Positions 25,626-38,264 of a stretch of DNA of 64,000 nucleotides are shown piece by piece. Source of the stretch: Anaeramoeba ignava BMAN (Eukaryota; Protista; Anaeramoebae); assembly GCA_028826165.1 (NCBI GenBank), contig JAPDFW010000143.1:53278-117277 (forward strand). Direction: 5' to 3'. The stretch's first letter is position 1. Every line of letters begins with the position of its first letter. The notes below the pieces were generated by a model, which was given only the letters and a program-made list of their open reading frames with translations, did no database searches and was not told the DNA's origin. The position numbers and the translations under genes are program-made.

Positions 25626-26240
25626 AATTCATTTATAAATCAAAATCAAAATTAAAATTCATTTAAAAATTAAAATTCATTTAAAAATTAAAATTCATTT
25701 AAAAATGAAATTAAAATTCATTTATAAATTAAAATTAAAATTCAAATTAAAATTAAAATTAAAATTAAAATTCAAATTAAAATTAAAATTAAAATTCATT
25801 TAAAAATTGAAATTCATTTATAAATTAAAATTCATTTATAAATTAAAATTCATTTATAAATGAAATTAAAATTAAAATTAAAATTCATTTATAAATTAAT
25901 ATTAAAATTCAAATTAATATTATAATTCATTTATAAAATTAAAATTAAAATTCATTTATAAATTAATATTAAAATTCATTTATAAAATTAAAATTAAAAT
26001 TAAAATTAATATTAAAATTAAAATTCATTTATAAATCAAAATCAAAATTAAAATTAATATTAAAATTAAAATTCATTTATAAATCAAAATCAAAATTAAA
26101 ATTAAAATTCATTTATAAATCAAAATCAAAATTCAAATTAAAATTCAAAATTAAAATTAAAATTAAAATTAAAATTAAAATTCAAATTAAAATTAATATT
26201 CAAATTAAAATTAAAATAAAAATTAAAATTCATTTATAAA
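25626..26240. repeat. Intergenic (AAAATT/AAATTC)n microsatellite
   Basis: Seen directly. Confidence 0.8.
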
Positions 26241-26323
26241 TGAAATTAAAATTTTTTTCCGATTTTCATTTTTTTCATTTTTTTTCATTTTCATTTTTTT
26301 TAAAAAAGAAAAATATTAAAAAA

Positions 26324-28783
26324 ATGTCAAATTCAGAAAACACTGAAGAAAAACCAAAAATACAACGAGAAGAATGGATGCTTATGGGATTAAGTCGGGA
26401 GAAAAAAGAAAACCGAGAGGAAGAGAAAAAAGTGAAGGAAGAAAAACGAAGAGCAAGAGAATTAAATCCATACATTTCAATAGGAGGACTTCCAAGTGAA
26501 AATAAAAATAAATCAAAAAACGATGATAAACAAAACAATAAAGCAGCTATGCTTTGGAAAATCAAAGCCTTAAAACGCGCAAAAGAAATTGCTGCGCAAC
26601 AAGGAAAAAATCTTAGACAGGTTATTGAGGAAAGATGGAATTATGATGATATTATTCAAGCTGAAAAATATTTAAATGATTTCCAAAAAAATCCTAAATC
26701 TTTTTTGAATTCTAAAAATAATTTTAAATCTAGATCTTCTGTTAATTCTTTTCATAAAAATGATGATAATCAATTTTCTTCAAATCAATTTTCTAAAATG
26801 AAGTTTCCAAAAAATAATATGACAACAAATTATTCAAAAATTATTCAAAAAATTATTCAAAAAATGAAAATCAAAATCAAAAATCAAAATCAAAATCAAA
26901 ATCAAAATCAAAATCAAAATCAAAATCAAAATCAAAATCAAAATCAAAATCAAAATCAAAATCAAAATCAAGAAAAATTATCTACAGATCAAATGAATAA
27001 AATTGCTGGTGATATATTAAAAGCTAAATTATCAAAAGATTTTAAAAAAGTTGAAGAACTTACAAAAATTCTTGAAAATGCAAAAAATCAAAATCAAAAC
27101 AAAAATGAAAATCAAAATCAAAATCATTCAAGAAATTATTCAAAAAATCAAAATGAAAATTATTCAAAAAATCAAAATGAAAATCATTCAAAAAATAATT
27201 CAAGAAATAATTCAAAAAATTATTCAAAAAATTATTCAAAAAATGAAAAACAAAATCAAAATCAAAATCAAAATCAAAATCAAGAAAAATTATCTACAGA
27301 TCAAATGAATAAAATTGCTGGTGATATATTAAAAGCTAAATTATCAAAAAATTTTAAAAAAGTTGAAGAACTTACAAAAATTCTTGAAAATGCAAAAAAT
27401 CAAAATCAAAACCAAAATGAAAATCATTCAAGAAATCAATCAAGAAATTATTCAGAAAATTATTCAAAAAATAATTCAAGAAATTATTCAAAAAATCAAA
27501 ATGAAAATTATTCAAAAAATTATTCAGAAAATTATTCAAAAAATGAAAAACAAAATCAAAATAAAAATCAAAATCAAAATCAAAATCAAAATCAAGAAAA
27601 ATTATCTACAGATCAAATGAATAAAATTGCTGGTGATATATTAAAAGCTAAATTATCAAAAAATTTTAAAAAAGTTGAAGAACTTACAAAAATTCTTGAA
27701 AATGCAAAAAATCAAAATCAAAATCAAAATCAAAATCAAAATCAAAACCAAAATCAAAATCAAAATCATTCAAGAAATTATTCAAAAAATCAAAATGAAA
27801 ATTATTCAAAAAATGAAAATCCATTTCAAAATTATTCTCAAAATTATTCTGAAAATTATTCTGAAAATGAAAAAAAAAGAAAATCATCATACTCAAAATT
27901 CGCACAACTCAAAAAACAAGAAAAAAATGATTCAGGAAACTTTGTAGAAGCAATGCAAATGAACATATTAAAAAATCGAGATTATTCAGTTGAAGTTGAA
28001 TTTAATCCAAAAACAATGTCAGCTTACGAACCACAAAAATTTAATAAAAAAAGACAAAAAAAGGGAAGAAACAGAAAAAAACCAACAATAGAAGAATATC
28101 AACGAGAACAAGAGAAATTAAAACAACAATGCTCCTTTTGCATCTTCTCAACTTCAGAATACAAATCAACAAATCAAAAGCATCTTCTTGTTTCAGTTGG
28201 AGAAACAATACACATTTCTATACCTCCAAATGGATCACTTGTGAATGGACATTGCTATCTTATCCCAAATCAACACATCTCCTGCTTGCTAGATGTTGAT
28301 GAAAATGTTTGGGATGAAATTCAATCTTTTAAAAAATTACTTGTTAATATTTTCTCTAAACATGACAAGGAAGTTATTTTTTTTGAAACTTTTCTGAAAA
28401 CAAGACAAAATCATTCATTTCTTGAATGCGTTCCTTTGGATAAAAATATTCCAGATGATCCAATGCTTTATTTCCAAAAAGAAATTCAAGATTCTGAGAA
28501 AGAATGGTCAGAAAATATTAAGGTAATTGACACTCGAAAAAAAGGTTTTAGAAAATCTTTACCTTCTGGTTTATCTTATTTTAATGTTGAATTTGGACTT
28601 AATTATGGTTTTGCTCATGTAATTGAAAATGATTCTTCTTTTCCAAAATCTTTTGCTTATCGGATTATTTCTTCTCTTTTGGGTTTTGATGATATTTATT
28701 GGAGAACATTAAAATCACCTGGAATTCAAAAAGAAACTGATCAATCAAATCAATTAAAAATTTTAATTTCAAAAGCAATTTAA
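26324..28783 (+). CDS. CWF19L2: CWF19-like protein 2 (CwfJ C-terminal domains; intron-lariat spliceosome factor)
   Basis: QREEWM, ELNPY, WKIKALKRAKE...IEERW, NKIAGDILKAKL (x3), CSFC, GHCYLIP, VIFFET, HSFLECVP, YFNVEFG and GFAHVIE. Confidence 0.9.
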   Translation: MSNSENTEEKPKIQREEWMLMGLSREKKENREEEKKVKEEKRRARELNPYISIGGLPSENKNKSKNDDKQNNKAAMLWKIKALKRAKEIAAQQGKNLRQVIEERWNYDDIIQAEKYLNDFQKNPKSFLNSKNNFKSRSSVNSFHKNDDNQFSSNQFSKMKFPKNNMTTNYSKIIQKIIQKMKIKIKNQNQNQNQNQNQNQNQNQNQNQNQNQNQNQEKLSTDQMNKIAGDILKAKLSKDFKKVEELTKILENAKNQNQNKNENQNQNHSRNYSKNQNENYSKNQNENHSKNNSRNNSKNYSKNYSKNEKQNQNQNQNQNQEKLSTDQMNKIAGDILKAKLSKNFKKVEELTKILENAKNQNQNQNENHSRNQSRNYSENYSKNNSRNYSKNQNENYSKNYSENYSKNEKQNQNKNQNQNQNQNQEKLSTDQMNKIAGDILKAKLSKNFKKVEELTKILENAKNQNQNQNQNQNQNQNQNQNHSRNYSKNQNENYSKNENPFQNYSQNYSENYSENEKKRKSSYSKFAQLKKQEKNDSGNFVEAMQMNILKNRDYSVEVEFNPKTMSAYEPQKFNKKRQKKGRNRKKPTIEEYQREQEKLKQQCSFCIFSTSEYKSTNQKHLLVSVGETIHISIPPNGSLVNGHCYLIPNQHISCLLDVDENVWDEIQSFKKLLVNIFSKHDKEVIFFETFLKTRQNHSFLECVPLDKNIPDDPMLYFQKEIQDSEKEWSENIKVIDTRKKGFRKSLPSGLSYFNVEFGLNYGFAHVIENDSSFPKSFAYRIISSLLGFDDIYWRTLKSPGIQKETDQSNQLKILISKAI

Positions 28784-28957
28784 ATAATTAGATAAATAAT
28801 TAGATAAAAACTTTTCTTTTTTTTTAGGAATTTTTTTATCAAAAAGTTTTTTTTTTTGGTTTTTTCGAATAAAAAAAAATTATCAAAACGACATGAATAA
28901 AAGTTCTTTAAAAAAAAAAAATTCAACTGTTTTCATCCTTTTTTTTTTTTTTTTCGA

Positions 28958-30978
28958 TTAAATATCTCTTGATTCTTTTAACATCAATACTTTAACTTCA
29001 TCAAAAATTTTTTGAAAAGCATCTCTGTCAGTTGCACAAGTAAATTTAACATAAATATCTTTTTTATCAGGTCTTTTGTTTAATTCTTTAAATTTTTCTG
29101 TAATAAAAGCTGTTGCATTATCATAATCACAACCACCTTTTTTTTATTTATTTTTCAATTTAAATTTCTTATTAATTAATTAATTTTGTTTTATTTTTTG
29201 TTTTTTTGAATTTACCATCATATTCTGGAAAACACATTTTCAAATCTCTTGTTTGAATTTTTTTCTCAAAAATATCCTTCTTATTTAAGAATAAAATGAT
29301 CATAGAATTCACAAACCATCGACTATTGCAAAGTTCACCAAATAACATTAAAGATTCATACATCCGGTTTTGTCGATGATCTTCATATAACATTTGGTCA
29401 TATTCACTTAAAGAAGCGCAAAATATCATCACATTTACATTCTTTAAATAATTTTATTTTTTGAATTAATTTTATTTGTTTTCATGTAATTGAAAATATT
29501 TTGAATTAATTTTATTTTTTCAATTAATTTTATTTGTTTTCATGTAATTGAATTTTTATTTTTTTTTAATTTTATTTGTTTTCATGTAATTGAAAATATT
29601 TTGAAATAATTATTTTTTGAATTAATTTTATATTTTGAAATAATTTTATTTTTTGAATTAATTTTATTTTTTGAATTAATTTTATTTTTTGAATTAATTT
29701 TATTTTTTCAATTAATTTTATTTTTTCAATTAATTTTATTTGTTTTCATGTAATTGAAAATATTTTGAAATGCTTTTTTTTTGGTTTTAACAAACCTGAA
29801 AACAATGAATCCATTTTTTTCTTTCATTTCTTTGACCACCAACATCAAATAAACTAAATTTTCAATTTTCAATTTTCAAAATTAAAAATTAAAAATTAAT
29901 TCATTTATTTTTTGTTTAATTATTTACATAAATTTAACTCCTTCATATTCAAAAGGAACTTCAACAATTCCTGTTGTTTTAATTCTAGCTCTGAAAATAT
30001 CTTCATGAGTTGGGACATAATCATCACTTGTGATTCTTTCAAGATTTTCAAAAAAACTTTAAATAAAAATTAAATGATAAAAAAATTTAAATTTTTCATT
30101 TTAAAATTTTTGAATTTGTTTTGCTTTTTTTTTTACTATTGAGTTGAATCATGAATTTGAAATTCATTTGCTCTTTTAAATACTTGTTGAATTTTTTCAT
30201 CCTTCCATAAGATTTTTAATGAAGATATAACATCTGCTGTCAATTCTTCAGTTTCAATTTTTTCAATATGAGGCTAAAAGAAAAAAAAAATTTTGGAAAA
30301 AAAAATTATAAAAAAATTTGAAAATACATGAAATGTAATGAAATGAAAAAAAACAAACCTGTAAATAATCATCTAAAACAATTTCAAATTGGTGAGATGC
30401 TTCAACAAGAGCTCGCATTCCTTCAAGAATATTTATATGAATTGGTCCACGAAAATCAAGTAATTCATCATGTGAAAAATCTTGAACATGAAGTATTCTA
30501 ATTTGTCGAAGGATTGTTGATTTTCCTGAATCTCCAGCTCCTGTTCAATTTTTTTATTAAAAAAAAAATTATATTTATTTAAAAATTTTCTTATTTAATC
30601 CGGAATTGATATTTTTTTTAATTTATTTTTAAATTTATTTTTAATTTATTTAGATGGTTAATATGGCTAAAAAATTTATTTAAAATTATAATGTTGATAG
30701 TTTTTTTGTTTTTTTTTTGCTTTTTTAATTTGTTTTTTTTTTTGAATTAATTTCTTCATTTAGATTCGTTGATTTTAATAAAAAAAAAAAAACAAATCGA
30801 TTAAGAAAGTAAAATTTAAAAAAAAAAATAATTATAAATAATAAATAATAAATTGAAAAAAAAAAAAAAAAATTTAACCTAAAAGTAAAAGTTTCATTTG
30901 TTCAGGGACATTTGAATTTGAAACTGTAGGTTCATTTTCATTTGAATTTTCTTCACCATCTCTTGCACAATTCCCCAT
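28958..30978 (-). CDS. Heterotrimeric G-protein alpha subunit, multi-exon
   Basis: N-terminal MGNC (myristoylation/palmitoylation), KLLLLGAGDSGKST, RARIKTTGI, DVGGQRNERKKWIHCF, LFLNKKD and TCATD, across GT-AG introns. Confidence 0.93.
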
Positions 30979-31199
30979 TAAAGATAAAAGAAAAGTAAAA
31001 TTATAATAAAAGATAAAAGAAAATAAAAGAAAAAGAAAAAATTCTAACAAAAAAAAAATGAAAAATAAAATTAAAAAAAAAAATATTAAAAAAAAAAAAA
31101 ATTTTTTTAAAAATTTCCTTTTTAAATAATAATTTTTCCACAATTAAAATCAATAATAATTTTCCAAAATAATTCCCCCAAATAATTTAATAAATCTTT

Positions 31200-33535
31200 T
31201 AAATAATTTATTAAATTTTTAAAATAAATTTTTAAATCAATTTTTAAATCAATTTTTAAATCAATTTTTAAATCAATCTTTAAATCAATTTCCAAATCAA
31301 TTTCCAAATCAATTTCCAAATAAATTTCCAAATAAATTTTTAAATAAATTTTTAAATCAATTTTTAAATAAATTTTTAAATAAATTTTTAAATAAATTTT
31401 TAAATAAATTTTTAAATCAATTTTTAAATCAATTTCCAAATAAATTTTTAAATCAATTTTTAAATAAATTTTTTAAATCAATTTTTAAATAAATTTTAAA
31501 TCAATTTTTAAATAAATTTTTAAATTTTTAATTTTTAAATAAATTTTTAAATCAATTTTTAAATAAATTTTAAATTTTAAATCAATTAAATTTTTAAATC
31601 AATTTTTAAATAAATTTTTAAATAAATTTTAAATAAATTTTTAAATCAATTTTTAAATAAATTTTTAAATCAATTTTTAAATCAATTTTTAAATCAATTT
31701 TTAAATAAATTTTTAAATAAATTTTTAAATCAATTTCCAAATAAATTTCCAAATAAATTTTTAAATCAATTTTTAAATCAATTTTTAAATAAATTTTTAA
31801 ATCAATTTTTAAATAAATTTTTAAATAAATTTTTAAATCAATTTTTAAATAAATTTTTAAATAAATTTTTAAATCAATTTCCAAATAAATTTTTAAATAA
31901 ATTTTTAAATAAATTTTTAAATCAATTTCCAAATAAATTTTTAAATCAATTTTTAAATAAATCTTTAAATAAATTTTTAAATAAATTTTTAAATCAATTT
32001 TTAAATCAATTTTTAAATAAATTTCCAAATAAATTTTTAAATCAATTTTTAAATAAATTTTTAAATCAATTTTTAAATAAATTTCCAAATCAATTTTTAA
32101 ATCAATTTTATTCCACTTTTTTTAAATAAATTTTTAAATCAATTTTTAAATCAATTTTTAAATAAATTTTTAAATCAATTTTTAAATCAATTTTTAAATA
32201 AATTTTTAAATCAATTTTTAAATAAATTTTTAAATCAATTTTTAAATCAATTTTTAAATAAATTTTTAAATAAATTTTTAAATAAATTTTTAAATAAATT
32301 TTTAAATCAATTTCCAAATAAATTTTTAAATCAATTTTTAAATCAATTTTTAAATCAATTTTTAAATCAATTTTTAAATCAATTTTTAAATAAATTTTTA
32401 AATAAATTTTTAAATAAATTTTTAAATAAATTTTTAAATAAATTTTTAAATCAATTTTTAAATAAATTTTTAAATAAATTTTTAAATCAATTTTTAAATA
32501 AATTTTTAAATCAATTTTTAAATAAATTTTTAAATCAATTTTTAAATCAATTTTATTCCACTTTTTTTAAATAAATTTTTAAATCAATTTTTAAATAAAT
32601 TTTAAATAAATTTTTAAATCAATTTTTAAATCAATTTTTAAATCAATTTTTAAATCAATTTTTAAATAAATTTTTAAACCAATTTTTAAATCAATTTTTA
32701 AATCAATTTCCAAATAAATTTTTAAATCAATTTTTAAATAAATTTTTAAATAAATTTTTAAATAAATTTTTAAATAAATTTTTAAATAAATTTTTAAATT
32801 TTTAAATCAATTTTAAATCAATTTTAAATCAATTTTTAAATAAATTTTTAAATAAATTTTTAAATAAATTTTTAAATAATTTTTAAATCAATTTCAAATA
32901 AATTTTTAAATCAATTTTTAAATCAATTTTTAAATCAATTTTTAAATAAATTTTTAAATAAATTTTTAAATCCAATTTTAAATCAATTTTTAAATCCCAA
33001 TTTTTAAATCAATTTTTAAATAAATTTTAAATAAATTTTTAATAAATTTTTAATAAATTTTAAATAAATTTTTAATAAATTTTTAAATAAATTTTTAAAA
33101 TTTTCAAATAAATTTTTAAAAAATTTTAAATCCAATTTTTAAAAATAAAAATTTTTAAATAAATTTTTAAATAAATTTTTAATCAATTTCCAAATAAATT
33201 TCCAAATCAATTTTTTAAATAAATTTTTAAATAAATTTTATTCCACTTTTTTTAAATCAATTCTTAAATAAATTTTTAAATAAATTTTTAAATAAATTTT
33301 AAAATAAATTTCCAAATCAATTTTTAAATCAATTTTTAAATAAATTTTATTCCACTTTTTTTAAATCAATTTTTTCAAATTTTAAATAAATTTTTAAATA
33401 AATTTTTAAATCAATTTTTAAATCAATTTTTAAATCAATTTTTAAATAAATTTTATTCCACTTTTTTTAAATCAATTTTTAAATCAATTTTTTCAAATTT
33501 TAAATAAATTTTTAAATAAATTTTTTCAAATTTTA
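31200..33535. repeat. Intergenic 12-mer satellite (AAATCAATTTTT/AAATAAATTTTT)n between divergent genes
   Basis: Seen directly. It is the source of the LKIY/LKID ORFs. Confidence 0.9.
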
Positions 33536-33558
33536 AATTTCATTTTTCATTTTTAATA

Positions 33559-36500
33559 ATGGATTTTTGGTCTTCAGTTTCTAAAGGAAATTTAACAGTT
33601 TTAAAAACATTTTTAGAAAAAGATTCAACACTTTCTTCTTACAAATTTGTATAACAAAATATTTCTAAATAAAATTAAAATTAAAATTAAAAAAAAATAG
33701 TTTGTAAATTTTTATTATTCAAAAATTTTTAGTATTAAAAAATTCCATTTTAAAATTAGGGAATGACTGTTCTTGATTATTATTTAAAACATAATCATGA
33801 TTATCAAACAATTCAATATTTAATTGAAAAAAGAATCCCTTTAACTGTTTGATTAAAATTTAATTGAAAAAATTCAAAATTTAAAATTTAAAACTTTATT
33901 TATTAAAATTATTCTTTTATTTAGACTTTCAAAATCCATTTTTTCCTTTATTTTCATTCTTTACAAATATTTGATTTATTATTTGATTCAGAAAAACCAA
34001 CAAAAGAAGTAATTATTTTCGATATATTTTTAATTACAAAAAAAAACAAAAAAATTTTTGCTTTTTATTTTTTTCAAAAATTAAAAGAATTTAAATTCAC
34101 TTTTGGTTTTTCAATGCAAAAATCAAGCAAGTATAAAAGCAATTGAATATGTTTTAAAGAGAGGAGCTGATCCAAAAACAATAAATGTAAATCAAAATTC
34201 AAATCAAAATTTAATTTCATTTATTTTTTATTTTTGAAAAAAAAATTTTATTTAGAAATTTCTTTTGATTCATTTAATTAAAAATCAAAGAGATGATTTA
34301 ATGGATAAAATTAAATTATTAATTAATTATGGAGTTGATGTTAATCAAACAAATGAAGTAATGAATATTTTCTTGTTTTTATTCAATCCAAATTTTTAAT
34401 TAAAAAAAATATACAAAATTAGAATGTAAATTTTCATTTAAATTTTATAAATGAATTTTATAAATTAATTTTAAATTTTTTTTAGGGAGAAAAAGCTTTA
34501 AATTTTGCAATTTCTAAAAATTTTTATGATATAGCAAAATTACTATTAGATTCAGGAACAATTTTAACAATAGAAAATGTTGGAATTATTATTTTATTTT
34601 TATTATTTATTATTCTTATTATTTTTTATTCTTATTTTTTTAGATCTCTTCAATTTTTAATAATTTGAAAAATTTATCTTTTAAACTTGAGTTTATAAAA
34701 TTATTATGTGAAAAAATTTCAGATATTAATTCAGTTGATCAAGTAATTATTTATTTTTTGAATCCATAAATTTATTTTAACAAAATTAAATAGAAAGTAA
34801 AAACACAAATTTTTTATTATAATTCAATTAAAAATTTTATAAAAAAAAATTTAAAGGGAAATTCATTACTTCATACAATTTTAAAAAGTGAATCTAAAAA
34901 TATTGAGGAAATAAAAATTGTTCTTGAATCAGGAATTAATCCAAATTTACAAAATGAAGTATTTAAATTTAAAATTTAAAAATTAAAAATTTAAATTGAA
35001 TATTTTTTTTAATCAAAAAAAAAAGGATGTAAATTATAAGATAATTTTTAGATTGAATAAAAAAATAATTATATTATTTATTAGGGTTTAACTGCAATTC
35101 ATCTTGTATCTTCTGAATTTAATGAAGATTTATTCAGATTATTAATAAATTTTGGAGCAGAAATTTCAATTAAAAATGTAAATTAAAAATTCAATTAAAA
35201 ATTCAATTATCAAAATATTTATTTTTCGAATTAATTTTTAATTTGGATATAGAAAAATCAAGAAACTCCAATTGATATTCTCCTTTCTTCTTCAAAATTT
35301 ACTCAAATTTTTGATATTTTAGAAAAATTTAATTATAAATTTGATTTGAATCAAGTAAAAAAATATAAAAATATTATTTACTATTTATTATTTATTATTT
35401 GATTTAGAAACCTCCATTAATTTTCCGTTGCTTCGATTTTAATAAGGGAATTTTAATTGAAATTATTGAAAAATTAGTTAATTTTGGAGCAGATATTAAT
35501 GAAGTTCATGATGTATTTCAATTCATTTATTGATGATTTAATTTTAAATTTAATTTTAAATTTAAATTATTTTTTTTTTAGAAAAAATGCATTCTTAATT
35601 TTTTCCAAATTTTTAATGCAAATACCTCAATTTTAAGAAAACTTTTTGAACTTGGATTAGATTATGAAAAGATGGTTAATTCAAAAAAAAAAATTAGAAT
35701 GAAAATCAATTTAAAATGAAAATCAAACAAAAAAATCTTTTTTAATTTTTAGAAAGGAAAAACTTCTTTTACTTTATTTCCTTTTAATTATGAAGTAAAC
35801 ATTTCTTCAAATAAGAAAACTAAACTTGAAAATTTGGAGCTTTTACTTGAAAAGAAATTTCCACTTTATGATTCAAATTCAGTATTTTTTTTTCAATTTT
35901 GAATTTGAATTGGAAAATTGTTTTTATTTATAATTTTTTATTTTAGAACGAAAATGTTCAAGAATCAATAATTGAATTTGTTTTTAATTGTCAAAAACCA
36001 AAAGAGGCATTGGAACTTATTTTAAATTATGGAGCAAATCCAAATCTTTATTACAAAGTAAATAATTTTTCGATATCAAAAAAATTTAAGTACAATTTAT
36101 TGATTGATTTTGAAAATCAATCATTTTTTGAATAGAAAGAAACAATTTTCTCAAAAATTTTCCAAAGAGTTTCAAAAAAAGCAGAATTATTCAAAGTTTT
36201 AATTGATTATGGAATTGATATTGAAGCACAAAAAGCTGTATTAAATCAAAATATTTTAATTTAAAGGAAAATCAAAACTTATTAAATAAAATCATTTGGA
36301 AATAGAAAACAAATATGAAAAATAGAAGCAGTAAATATATTCAACTTATTGATAAATATGGAAATATTATGCAAGAATTTAGCGAATTATTTTCAAAAGG
36401 AGATTTGACAGATTTTAATATTCCAGTCGAAGATGGAACAATAAAAGCTCATAAATTAATTATTGAAATGAGAATTGGAAAAGAAAATATGACGAAATTT

Positions 36501-37031
36501 TTGGAAAATTGTCAACAAAAAAAACAAAAAGAAATTTATCTTTTAATCAACTTTATTTATTCAGGATTTGTTAATGAATTGAAATATTCTCAAGTGGAAA
36601 AATTATGTGAAGAATTTGGAATTGATTTTATTAAAAAGAAAGGAAGAAAAGGATTAATTGAAGATTTAGAAAAATTAAATGCAAATGAAGAAAGCAAAGA
36701 TTTTACAATTAAATTTGATGAAAAACATGAATTCAAACTTCATAAATTAGTTTTGATTGCAAGAACTGATCTATTTAGAAATATGTTTTTATCTGTTAAT
36801 GATTCAAGTAATTCTGTTCAAAATTATTCTTCTTTTTCTTTTAATTGTTTGAACTTGTTTTTCAAATATTTATATTCAGATTCTCTTACTTTGAATGTTT
36901 CTTTGTTTCTTTTGAGAGAGTTAAAAAATACTCCTATTTATTTTCAATTAAATTCTAATTCTTCTCTTGATCTTAAAATTCTTGAAATTCAATATTATTT
37001 ACGTTCAAAACTTGAGAAAAAACAAATTTAA
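33559..37031 (+). CDS. Ankyrin repeat-BTB-BTB protein: 15 repeat-sized exons, a terminal BTB exon and four 3-nt microexons
   Basis: Exons 33559-33648, 33760-33846, 33925-34008, 34088-34186, 34256-34357, 34486-34578, 34644-34742, 34857-34958, 35085-35177, 35253-35354, 35408-35512, 35582-35674, 35753-35881, 35947-36057, 36136-36237 and 36306-37031, all GT-AG and phase 0. The last exon has TDFNI..IKAHKLI and KDFTI..FKLHKLVLIARTDLFRNMF. Confidence 0.85.
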
Positions 37032-37074
37032 ATATTTTTTTTTTTATTTCTTTTCTTTTTGAAATCAAATCATT

Positions 37075-37935
37075 AAAATTTTATAAATGATTTTTAATTT
37101 TAAATTTAAATTTTAATTTTAATTTTAAATTAAATTTTAATTTTAATTTTAATTTAAATTTTAATTTTAATTTTAATTTTAAATTTGAATTTGATTTAAT
37201 TTTAATTTTAATTTTAATTTTAATTTTAATTTTAATTTTAATTTTAATTTTAATTTGAATTTGATTTAGAATTTAATTTTGAATTTGATTTGGGATTGAA
37301 TTTTAATTTTAATTTTAATTTTAATTTTAATTTTAATTTTGATTTTAATTTTAATTTTATAAATGAATTTTAATTTTAATTTTATAAATGAATTTTAATT
37401 TTAATTTTGAATTTGATTTGGGATTGAATTTTGAATTTGAATTTTGATTTGGAATTTAATTTTAATTTTAATTTTGATTTTAATTTTAATTTTAATTTTA
37501 ATTTTAATTTTAATTTTAATTTTAATTTGAATTTTAATTTAATTTTGATTTTAATTTTAATTTTAATTTTGAATTTTAATTTTAATTTTAATTTTAATTT
37601 TAATTTTAATTTTAATTTTAATTTGAATTTTAAATTTGATTTGGAATTTAATTTTAATTTTAATTTTGATTTAGAATTTAATTTTAATTTTAATTTTAAT
37701 TTTAATTTGAATTTTAATTTTTAATTTTAATTTTAATTTTAATTTTAATTTTAATTTTAATTTTAATTTTAATTTTAATTTTAATTTTAATTTTGATTTT
37801 GATTTTGATTTGGAATTGAATTTTAATTTTAATTTGATTTTTAATTTGAATTTTAATTCCTATTTGATTTAGAATTTAATTTTGATTTGGGATTGAATTT
37901 TGATTTGATTTGGGATTGAATTTTAATTTTAATTC
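37075..37935. repeat. (TTTTAA)n hexamer microsatellite between convergent genes
   Basis: Seen directly. Confidence 0.85.
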
Positions 37936-38233
37936 CTATTTGAGATTATTTAGAGTGGATTGAAAATTTGAAACGTAAATAGTATAAAACAGAATAATCA
38001 AACCAAAAAGGGATAAAAACGATTTCAAAAAAGGAATTTTTTTAACAGAATCCAATAAGGATTTTTTTTGGACATCCTCAACTTCATCTTCATCTTCAAC
38101 TTCATCTTCATCTTCATCTTCATCTTCAACTTCATCTTCATCTTCATCTTCATCTTCAACTTCATCTTCATCTTCAACTTCATCTTCATCTTCATCTTCA
38201 TTATTATTATCATTATTATTATCATTATCATAT

Positions 38234-38264
<31 letters not shown>

